A DNA stretch of 64,000 nt from Octopus sinensis (Eukaryota). Location: positions 8,742,001-8,806,000 of the forward strand of contig NC_043009.1 of assembly GCF_006345805.1 (NCBI RefSeq), given 5' to 3'. Numbering within the stretch: position 1 is the first letter of the stretch; every line of letters starts with the position of its first letter. A program made the position numbers and the translations under genes. Of the stretch, positions 50,605 through 60,479 are shown piece by piece. The notes beneath the pieces were generated by a model. It worked only from the letters and a program-made list of their open reading frames with translations, was not told the origin of the DNA and did no database searches.

Positions 50605-52947
50605 TCAAAGATTTGAAGGTGCTGTGCCTTGGTTGCTGCTAACAATAAGATCAAGCATATATTCAAGGTGCTCAGAAGATATCTGATGAAAAACTTCCTG
50701 GTGAAATGGGACGTTGGGTAGCAACACTTTGAGAAAGGTCATTGTCTTTTGCTGCAAGGATAAGAGACACTTCTCTGGTGACTTACACAAACTTACTTTC
50801 ATGTCCAGCAACATGGCTTGACCCTGTAAGGTCTTAACGTTTATTTTATCCACACTGGTATTGTCTGCACCCATGGAACATAAAGAAGTGGGTAATGATG
50901 ATGATGACGATGAAGACGACGAAGAAGATGATGATGATGATGATAATAATAATGATGAAGATGACAGAGGTAATGAAGTTTTATCGGATGACACTGGTTT
51001 ACCTGTCTCCACCAGAGAAATAGCTTCACTGATTAAAACGTCCACATCCTCTGAGTCAGTTCGAATGGACTCCAGAAATGGATACAGTTTTGGAAATAAT
51101 ACTGAAAACAGCAAATGTAACTTGTTACGCAGTGAGATTAGTCTTAATGTATTCTGAACAAAAGGTTGGGAGTTACCAGGCAACTTATAAGCACACGACC
51201 GTGATCGCCGCCGCCTCTTTTTCTCTGGTGACGAAGACATACAGCACGGGCACATCCGCCTTCGCCGTATCCGAGGACCTTCCTGTTCGCAGTTGGTAAA
51301 ATAGTTATAGGTATAAGACGGTCGTTTATTGGCCTTGCGTCGTGTCTCTTGCACTTTAGTAATTTTGTTTACGTGTTCTAGGGGGTCAACACTGCTGTTG
51401 CTGCCACTGCTAAAGGCAGAGTCTTCAGAAAAACAACCCTGATGGGAGTTCTTGTCATAAGAATTACCAACAGGGTCGCTGTCTAACTCGGATTTAAGCG
51501 TTTCAGAGTACATACTATGCTTTAAGCAATCAATGGACTGGTCAGCCAAGTTGACACAGATCTTAGAGTCTGTTGAATTTGCTACCTTCTCTTGATGCAA
51601 TAAAAGGCTACCTGTGGTGGTCTTTGGACATTTTTTACTAGGGTCAACTGAGGATTCACTGGAGGTAATGTCATGTTTTTCATTCGCAACAGAAGTGTTT
51701 AGACGGTTTTTTACAGACTCTGAGTTCTTAAACAGAGAGAAAATATTTTTTTCTTCGGTCTTCCAATGAACATCACCAGATTGTTGTCTTTCAGGAATGC
51801 GATGTTCATTTTCAGAAATGGAATTATTATTATTATTAGTATTGGTGCTAGAAGATTTTTTAGAACAAGAATCAGGAATAATTAAGTTTTCAGGTAGTTG
51901 ACCGTGTTGACATTTATCAGAACCTGGCTTGAAAACATCGCACAACCGCACGTTTTTCAGGATGCGACGTTCCCCAGTGGGTCCAGTGGACACAGGACAT
52001 TCAAGAGGTTTACGCCAAAAGCGAACATACTTTCGCCTAACAAGGCTGCAGGCAAGCTGTAGTGACTTACCATTTGCTGAGTTGAGGTTTTCTGCAGATA
52101 TAGAGTGTGTTGAGTTATCGTTACATTCATCATGGCTAACTTCCACGGAAGAATGGTCTTCCTCCATGTGTCCATTCAGTAATTTTTCTTTCAGTGTATT
52201 GTCAAGTAGGCTGTCGCTGGACTGCGTCACAGAGAAAGGAGTGGGCGATTGTTCAGGTGAGTCAGCAGAATACACAAACAACTTCCGTTTAAATTCAGTG
52301 CTTGGGGACTTTTTCAACTGGGAGTATTTTTTAACAACTCGTTTACAAGTCAATTGTTTGGGTGAGGTCTTACAGGGCACACGGGTCAGTTTCTTGTGTA
52401 TGCCCTCTGATAGTTGCCACTCATCAAAACACTCGCTAAGACGTTTGATACAGACAGTGGGACGGGCAGAGTTTAGGACACTATTAAAAGGCCCCCGGAT
52501 GGTAGAGGTTTCAACAGCCATCACTGATAAAGGAGATCTGTCAGAATTATGGCCACATACAGACTCCTTCAAAGCACAGCTAACATGTCGGCTAACTTCA
52601 GCAGTTAAAGAGTAAACATCATATCGAAGGTGTTCTCCAGATCTTTGTAATTTCGTAATCCAAATTGTAAGATACTGCACAAGACTATACAGAACCGAAA
52701 GGATCAGGTGTTCATGTGCAATACCATGTAGATATTGCACAAGATTGTAGAAAGATGAACAATTTTGTAATGATTCGTTTGAGTTTGTAACTGGAACCAA
52801 TAATGCTGCCACTTGTGCAAGCCAGTGGAAACATGGCAAGAGGAATTCATCAATAACAGAAGACAGATAAGCGAAATGGCAACAAGAGTGTTGAGAAAGT
52901 CGTTTACAAGGCCATAAAGAGAAATGTTTTACACTTTGAATAGTCAT
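50605..52947 (-). CDS. Single large coding exon, ~780 aa, mostly disordered with basic NLS-like runs (RIRRRR, KKRRRRSR), a poly-Ser tract and two C-terminal helical repeats; product unidentified
   Basis: 784-codon ORF in non-repetitive sequence. First in-frame ATG at 52947, with an in-frame TGA just upstream at 52962-52960. Strong acceptor tctttttttcttttctattttcag| puts the exon start at 52975. Confidence 0.88.
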   Translation of the reverse strand: MTIQSVKHFSLWPCKRLSQHSCCHFAYLSSVIDEFLLPCFHWLAQVAALLVPVTNSNESLQNCSSFYNLVQYLHGIAHEHLILSVLYSLVQYLTIWITKLQRSGEHLRYDVYSLTAEVSRHVSCALKESVCGHNSDRSPLSVMAVETSTIRGPFNSVLNSARPTVCIKRLSECFDEWQLSEGIHKKLTRVPCKTSPKQLTCKRVVKKYSQLKKSPSTEFKRKLFVYSADSPEQSPTPFSVTQSSDSLLDNTLKEKLLNGHMEEDHSSVEVSHDECNDNSTHSISAENLNSANGKSLQLACSLVRRKYVRFWRKPLECPVSTGPTGERRILKNVRLCDVFKPGSDKCQHGQLPENLIIPDSCSKKSSSTNTNNNNNSISENEHRIPERQQSGDVHWKTEEKNIFSLFKNSESVKNRLNTSVANEKHDITSSESSVDPSKKCPKTTTGSLLLHQEKVANSTDSKICVNLADQSIDCLKHSMYSETLKSELDSDPVGNSYDKNSHQGCFSEDSAFSSGSNSSVDPLEHVNKITKVQETRRKANKRPSYTYNYFTNCEQEGPRIRRRRMCPCCMSSSPEKKRRRRSRSCAYKLPGNSQPFVQNTLRLISLRNKLHLLFSVLFPKLYPFLESIRTDSEDVDVLISEAISLVETGKPVSSDKTSLPLSSSSLLLSSSSSSSSSSSSSSSSLPTSLCSMGADNTSVDKINVKTLQGQAMLLDMKVSLCKSPEKCLLSLQQKTMTFLKVLLPNVPFHQEVFHQISSEHLEYMLDLIVSSNQGTAPSNL

Positions 52948-53165
52948 ATGAAGATGCAATCATGTCTAAAATGACCTGAAAATAGAAAAGAAAAAAAAGA
53001 TGAATGTAAAACACCAATAGCAATGGAAAATAAAAAACTTTATTTATCAAACTAAATAAAGCTTAAACAAAATCAACAATTTTTTTGTCATGGAAAAGAA
53101 GGCTGTGCAAATTGATGTTCTTTCACCTTAGTATGTTATAGCTTACTTTCTGCACTATATATATT

Positions 53166-53338
53166 ATATTCTGTTGTGTCTGGGGAGAGTCATTTTCTTT
53201 TAGTGCCTTATGATGTAACACACTCACCGGTAAAATTTCCACTTATTTCTTGTTTTCCTAATAGTGGAAATTTTACCGGTGAGTGTGTTAAATAATAAGG
53301 CACTAAAAGAGAATGACTCTCCCCAGACAACAGAATAT
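53166..53338. repeat. Foldback palindrome, ~76-bp arms, ~19-nt loop
   Basis: atattctgttg...ccggtaaaatttccact / agtggaaattttaccgg...caacagaatat, 3 mismatches and one 2-nt bulge. Confidence 0.96.
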
Positions 53339-53805
53339 GCTTCAACACACGAACTCATATAAAGAATCTTGCAAACCAAATCCAAAAACGAAATATATAT
53401 TATACATATTTGTGAAAAACAATACATAAGAGTTAATTCATTAATTTGCTGCTAAAGTTTTGATCATATTTTTTTCTGTAAGTATTTGTGATGCTGTAAC
53501 CTTCTTACACCTGAGCCAGTGTGTCTAACTTTACTCTCCGTCTGGGCTCCCAAGCAACAAAGCAAAACAATCGCACATAGAGTTCAAGAGTAAGGATTTC
53601 TGGCAAACTAATGGACAGAATCTGCTGCATCTTTTTTTTCTATGTGCCAGTAATCCAGCAGAGATGGCGTTTAACTTATTCCCACTATAGCAGAAACATG
53701 GCATGACTGGATTAACTTTCAATACAATCATGAGTGTATGTATGCATGTGTGTGTGTTAAGCAATGCTCTAGCCTTTGTCTTTTACTGGTTTTTAACCAA
53801 TTATA

Positions 53806-54007
53806 TGAGGTATACTAGCCATCTCAAAATGGCTAACCACTAAGGGTGGGTGTTACTGTAGCTTGAAGCCCCAGGAAAACATCGTCTCCAGCTGGCTTTA
53901 GGCACACTTTTGCCTAAAGCCAGCTAGAGACTGTTCTCCTGGGGCTACAAGCTACAGTAACACCCACCCTTAGTGGTTAGCCATATTGAGATGGCTAGTA
54001 TACCTCA
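53806..54007. repeat. Foldback palindrome, ~99-bp arms, 6-nt loop
   Basis: tgaggtatactagcc...ctttaggca-cacttt-tgcctaaag...ggctagtatacctca, 4 mismatches and one 2-nt bulge. Confidence 0.97.
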
Positions 54008-54521
54008 CATTGTTGTGCAGTTTACTGTTTACATCTCGTTCAGAGATTTATTATTAACCAATCGTAGCAATCCCAGTATTTTTTATAGTTCTATATTTAC
54101 TGATTGGTAAAGTTATCGTTATGATTCAACACTGATTTTCTTACGAAGAAGATACCAACTAAACCAGGACTATAATAAAAGATATTTATCCAATGCGCCA
54201 CACAATGGGAATGAACCCAGAACCACTTGGTTACAAAGTGAACTTCTTGACCACAGCCATGTTGATATTAAAGTCATTTGTATTGCTTGTAGTTTCTAAT
54301 AAGCTATAACATACTAACACCTGGTATTTATTACAAGCTCTACTTTACTACTTCTTCATTATATATTCCTTATGATTTCAAGAAAACCTTAGCATAGAGG
54401 GTATGGCTATGTGGTTACAAAATTCATTTCATAAATTTACGACTAGGTTCAGTTCCACTGCACTGCACCTTAAGCACGTGTCTTCTATTATGACTCAGAA
54501 CTTTGTGATTCTAAAACTTAA

Positions 54522-54733
54522 ACATTTAGCATTTAAACCAGCCAAAAGTATTCTGCCTGTTTTATGTTCAAACTGGCCAGATCTGATCTGTCACACCAAC
54601 CCTACAATATCGTTTTAAAAATTAACAACTACCTCATCAAAATCTCATAGTTACAAGATAATGCATGATTAGTTCAAAACAAAGTGGATGAAAAAGCATT
54701 AATTTTGGGCAGAATAATGGGAACACTAAAGGG
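54522..54733 (-). mobile_element. piggyBac-like MITE copy
   Basis: Reverse complement of 4372-4592, with TTAA flanks at 54518-21 and 54734-37. Confidence 0.8.
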
Positions 54734-56257
54734 TTAAACATTTAGCTATATGTATAATATTTTAGTTAATATAAAGTACTTTGTCTTTTAGAGCTACAGC
54801 TGACATAAGTGTCCACACTTTGTATCCTACAAGTACATATCATAATTAGAGTCTTAACTAACTCATAATCACAATTACACTTGACTAACTCACTTAAAAA
54901 TCCAGTCCACAAGAAGTGGAATTTGGGAAATTGAAACTACAAAATCTGTTGCATGTGCATATGTTTACATCTAAAAGCTGGTGCTGTTTATGTCCTGTAA
55001 CTTAGCTGTTCAGTAAATAGTGGTCAATGAAATAGGTTACATAAAAAGGTGGCTCAAAGGCATTACCTCTGTATGGGAACATTCCAGTAACAGGGTTTCA
55101 ATGACAAGTGCTCCAGCTGTTCAACCAACAAAACTACCTATTCATTGGATTATTATGAAATAGGCCCCGAGTATTTCAGATGCTCAAACATCTGGTCATG
55201 GGAAATATTACTTTGCTTGGAAACAAGTAAGAGTTGGTGACAGGAAGGGCATCTTGCTGTGGCAAACCGGCCTCAACAAAATCTGATTGATGCAAGCAAG
55301 GGAAAGGGGACATTAAAATGATATGCGTATGTACATATGTGGTGATATCACGTAAAAAGCATTCTGGAGTGGTTGGAGTTAGGAAGGGCACCCAGATGTT
55401 GAAACTATGTCTAAACAGAATATGGAACCTGGTGTGACTCCGGTCAAACTGTCCAAGCCATGCCAGCATGGAAAACGGATATTAAATGATGATGATGATG
55501 ATAGTGAAACTCTTAACATAATCCTGAAGTAGAATCATTATGAAAGTATTAGAAGGGCCTTTCAGTCAGATTTCCAGTGCATTCAACGGGCTTCGACAGT
55601 TTACATTCATCCCAACACTCTAGCAGAAAGCATATGCCCAAGGTACCACACTGGGCTCCAATACAGGACCCTGTGATTCTAAACAAGCTTCTTAATCATT
55701 TAGCAAAACACATACAATCTTAGGTAATAGTAAATACTTTCTCTTTTAGAGTTGCAGCTTATGTAAGTGTCCACATTTTGATCCTGTCACAAGTGCATTT
55801 CACACTCACGGTCAACACTTAACATCCAGCCCACATAACTGTATATAGAAACCCTCATCATGTTAAGTAACATTTGTACAGCGTAGCTGATGAGTGTTTC
55901 TGTCAAGTGAAATGCTTGAGTTGAAACTCATGTGATAGCGGATGTAAACTAACTCCTAATACACCAAGATATTAAAAGTTCAAGAAACTCTTGCATCCCA
56001 GTTTCTAATGGAACTTGTTCATCTCTCGATCTTCAGTAGAAATTTTATGAAGCCACTGTGTGAGATTCTTTGTATATGCTGTGCTATCAAATTATATACA
56101 ATCTAAAAGAGTTTAAATGTTGATCCACTTCTCGATTACACTAAAATATCTGGAAGCCAGCCAACTGTTTTTGTAGAATTTTGCTCAGAAAAGCTCTTAT
56201 ATGCACACAATTGTAGAAGAAACATTATACATATACATTAGGAGTGGCTATGTGGTA

Positions 56258-56583
56258 AATAGCTTGCTTACCAACCACATGATACCAGGTTCAGTCCCAC
56301 TGCGTGGCACCTTGGGCAAGTGTCTTCTACTATAGCTTCGGGCCGACCAAAGCCTTGTGAGTGGATTTGGTAGACGGAAACTATATGTGTGTGCTTGTCT
56401 CTTACCCAACATCGCTTGACAACCGATGCTGGTGTATTTACATCCCTGTAACTTAGCAGTTCGGCAAAAGAGACCGATAGAATAAGTACTAGGCTTACAA
56501 AGAATAAGTCCTGGGGTCGATTTGCTCGACTAAAAGTGGTGCTCCAGCATGGCCACAGTCAAATGACTGAAACAAGTAAAAGA
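56258..56583 (+). mobile_element. SINE family A copy
   Basis: Consensus match with a shortened central tract. Confidence 0.9.
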
Positions 56584-57927
56584 CCATATAATAGGTGCAA
56601 ACATTGCTATGTATTTAAGAAGTTTGCATCTTAACCATGTTTCTGTGTTCAATCCCACTGCATTGCACCTTGGGCCAACCAAAGTCTTATGAATGGATTC
56701 GGTTGATAGAATTTGAAAAGAAGCCTGTTGTGTGTGAGAGAGAATGTTAGCATCCTCTTGTCTTGATATCACATGATAATTGTAAAAGGGGGGCCACTGC
56801 CATTCATTTCCAATATTCAACAAGGACATGTCCAGCCATGGGGAAATATTACCTTGCTGGGAACACCTATGGGTAGGCAACAGAAAGGAAATCCAGTTGT
56901 AGAAAATTTACCTCAGTTATCTCCATCTGACCTATGCAAGGATGGAAAAGTGGACGTTAAAACAATGACAACGGTTTTATATATATACATTCATATATAA
57001 CCAGCCAAAATTGCAAAGATGATCTGGAACTCAACTGAGGATAGAAAACTCTGAATGACCCATCCTTGTTTTCTTTGTATCGTCTGTCTGGATGTTTTGC
57101 GTTCTTGTCCCATTTTTGTATTTTTTATACATAAAATATATATATACATACACACACACATGATGCCTTTTGCTTTTAAACTCAGTGACTCATCATTGCA
57201 TAATACTAATAAAATTCTGTGGAACAGGTATCATAGATAAGGTCCTAACGAGCTAAAACAATGATAGTTTCAATTCCTAAGTGTGGACATTTTACTTCAT
57301 CTGACTGTGTGTATGGCAATACCTAGAAGTGTGTAATACCCTACACACATATAACGGGGTTCTGGTATGGGAGTTCCAGTGTTTTGAGAAATGTGGAATT
57401 ACCACACTGTTCCCAGGTTCACCCTGTCCCAGAGTAGGAGCACCTGTGAAGGTCCTAGCTAAGGGTTAATTAGCACATGATTCACTTAAGTGTGCAGGAT
57501 CCCTACTTATCGTTAGAACTTCCTTCTAAAAGGCTAACTCATGAAAAACGTGAAGTGCTATTTCTAGCAGCCTCAACCTCTGCTGTGCCACTGGTTTTAT
57601 AGCTGATTGCCCTGAAAGTGGATTCAGTGCTGTGCAATACTTTCTCCACTCACAACAGATTCACACACAAGGACTTCCTAGACATTTGCAGACTTACTGG
57701 GTTTAGGAACTGGTGTTGCTCAGTCGCAAGTTGACGTCCACTGTAAGCATGCATGGACATTACAAAGTAAAAGTATTTCAAATTACATGTCAATTAAGGA
57801 TTTTTCATTTGGATGAACCCTAATTCAAGCCCCTCTCTCTCTCAGTGAACATTCTCATCAAATCACACAAACGAAATTATCGAATCAGTATTAAACAAAA
57901 AAAAGACAACGAATAAATTGTTTTTAC

Positions 57928-57980
57928 CTTGGTGAATACCAAAGACGTTCAGAGCAGCAACAACACTGAAATTTAATTTC
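57928..57980 (-). other. Probable 5'UTR exon of - strand gene
   Basis: Minus-strand acceptor tttcttctttctttttacag| and donor CAAG|GTAAAA. 53 nt. Spliced to the coding exon, all three frames stop before joining the main ORF. Confidence 0.6.
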
Positions 57981-58440
57981 CTGTAAAAAGAAAGAAGAAA
58001 AAAAAGACTATAACACAACCACATGAGAAGCAATTAAAATTTTAATCGGATATTTTTATCCGACGAAATAACGTGATGAAGAGGGAATGATTGACAGACA
58101 ATATTAATTTAAGAGATATATTAACCACGTGGTATTAAATAATTATTGCATTAATAAATATATATACATATATAACCTAATGCATGTCAGAGAAACGGAA
58201 TTTATCCGTTACATGTTCAAGTTTAAAGACCAGTGAGGTGTCCCCATCGTATCGGGGCTGTTATCTTAAAGTATTCAATGAAATTCGTTTACAGTTGTTT
58301 GTCCATTCTTAATGAAGATAACGTACACGCACACAGTTAAACATACATACATATACACACACACATAGTTATACATATATATATATATACACACACATAT
58401 ATATATACACACATATATATATATATACACATATATATAT

Positions 58441-58479
<39 letters not shown>

Positions 58480-58499
58480 TATATATATACACACACATA

Positions 58500-58573
<74 letters not shown>

Positions 58574-58584
58574 CACACACACAC

Positions 58585-58615
<31 letters not shown>

Positions 58616-58837
58616 TATATATACACATAAGCACGTCTGAAATACGATTTCACTCACTTCCACCGCCAGCATCGAAGTGTGTTGCAACATTTCACGTGTT
58701 TGTCCCACCTCGTCCACAGAATCCCGCTCTTGGTCCACAGTGTCATGCGGGATCTTACCCCAAGTCAGTAATTGCTGTCTCTATTAGTAAAGCCTTAAAA
58801 AAAGCCCACCCGAGACCACGATATATATATATGTATG

Positions 58838-59021
58838 TATATATACCAATTAAGGACTGAACACGAAAAGTGGACAGTCAACATGCTAGATATAGACGTC
58901 AAATCGCCATTCTCCACAAAAGGTTGAGAACATAACCTTTTGTGGAGAATGGCGATTTGACGTCTATATCTAGCATGTTGACTGTCTACTTTTCGTGTTC
59001 AGTCCTTAATTGGTATATATA
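58838..59021. repeat. Near-perfect foldback palindrome, 88-bp arms, 8-nt loop
   Basis: Arm 58838-58925 pairs with arm 58934-59021, one mismatch (58872/58987). Confidence 0.97.
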
Positions 59022-59162
59022 AATATTTTAATCTTCGGATTCTTTTTTAATATGCTAGACCACTGGTTTTAATTGATAAATATCAATTTCTACCCTTAAT
59101 TAATATTATATATATGTATGTATATATGGAAGGAGTGAGCAGAATATGAAAGGAAAGCTTAC

Positions 59163-59236
59163 CTAGACTTTGTAAATTCTCGGTAATGTTGTACGGGGAA
59201 AGTACAGAAAGTGAAAGGGTCTCCTTTGCGAAGTAC
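59163..59236 (-). other. Probable upstream 5'UTR exon of - strand gene
   Basis: Strong minus-strand donor CTAG|GTAAGC (GT at 59162-59161). Acceptor-like cttttgcttatctttccag| at 59238-37, or else part of a longer first exon. Confidence 0.5.
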
Positions 59237-59519
59237 CTGGAAAGATAAGCAAAAGAAGATTATTTACGGAAAATACCTTCAATATCTCGAGTTGAAACAT
59301 ACAGAAATCCTAACATTTCTAAAGAGAAATAAATCACAACATATATATATAAGTTACCAAGGATGTGTAGGACTTGTGTTGCGGTATATAAATACAATTT
59401 AAATGGACAAAAAAAAGAATCCGAGTACCGAGATCGAACCGGGCTTCTATACACATATACACATTTTTATAAATATCTATGATACTGCAGGAATTTAGAC
59501 TCCCACAACATATATATAT

Positions 59520-59720
59520 ACATACACGAGTTCCTATTGATCGTCTTCGGGCAGGTGGTAGTGAATGCCACGGCTGGAATTAGCCGTCATTTTTTAAAAA
59601 TAAAGAAGACACCTTCGTCATCATTAGAATAAATATTACAAAATGACGTTACTGTTTAAATCTGAAATTTAGCGACTTCCTGTAGGCACGAAAACAAACA
59701 GGAGTTACTCCCCCTTGCTC
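59520..59720 (-). promoter_or_regulatory. Candidate promoter / TSS region of - strand gene
   Basis: CpG-containing unique sequence upstream of the 5'-most donor, with an ETS-like ACTTCCTG at about 59675 and TGACGT at about 59644. Inference only. Confidence 0.35.
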
Positions 59721-59847
59721 GCATAGCGCCACCCCTTGCTCGTATAGCACCCCCTACCTCTCTCCGCATAAGGTACTGTGTGTATGCGCGCGCGTGCGTT
59801 TTAGGAGGGGGGGAACGTCTTATGCGGTGTCCTGTGTCGTAAGAACG

Positions 59848-60252
59848 GATCTTTTCGGTTTGAACGGCAGTTTTTGACAATTTCTATGTAACTAAAAAGT
59901 TTTAAACTTTGTATACTGGTAGAATGTGTTTATAAAACATCTTTTTCTCTTCGCTTTATTGAGAAAATTCTATGGTTTGTAAGATATTTGTTTCTTTTTT
60001 CCTTCAATTTCAGCAATTTCAACCAATCACTGACGTCCATTGAGGTAAACAACATTCTGTGCCGTATGAATATGTCCCTCGTTTAAGAAACAGATTGGGT
60101 TTATTTACATTTGTGAAGAAAAAAAGATACCCTTTCCCCTAACCCTCATCCTAAAACAGATTGAAATGCAATAGATCGATACTAGGATCATAATTATGGG
60201 TGACAATTTCATGACACCGCTAGAAAAAACTGCCATTCAAACCGAAAAGATC
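59848..60252. mobile_element. Element bounded by 28-bp inverted repeats (MITE- or Helentron-like)
   Basis: GATCTTTTCGGTTTGAACGGCAGTTTTT / AAAAAACTGCCATTCAAACCGAAAAGATC, with an internal degenerate CCCTAA run near 60137. Confidence 0.7.
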
Positions 60253-60384
60253 TGAGTTCAGTCGTACTTCATGGCAACTTGGACGTCTGAATCTTTTATT
60301 ATAGCCCTGAGCCGAGAAAGCCATGTGGTGGATTTCAAACAGAAACTGAAAAAGCCCGCCACACGCACACGCACACACACACAC

Positions 60385-60479
<95 letters not shown>

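Noticed and set aside
51929-52615. 228-aa antisense ORF
   Set aside because: Shadow of the 784-codon coding frame, with no independent features.
53535-53680. Possible additional - strand exon between the two hairpins
   Set aside because: Weak splice sites and no way to show it restores the main frame; needs RNA-seq.
60130-60155. CCCTAA telomere-like run
   Set aside because: Only 2-3 degenerate units inside a TIR-bounded element; not an interstitial telomere.
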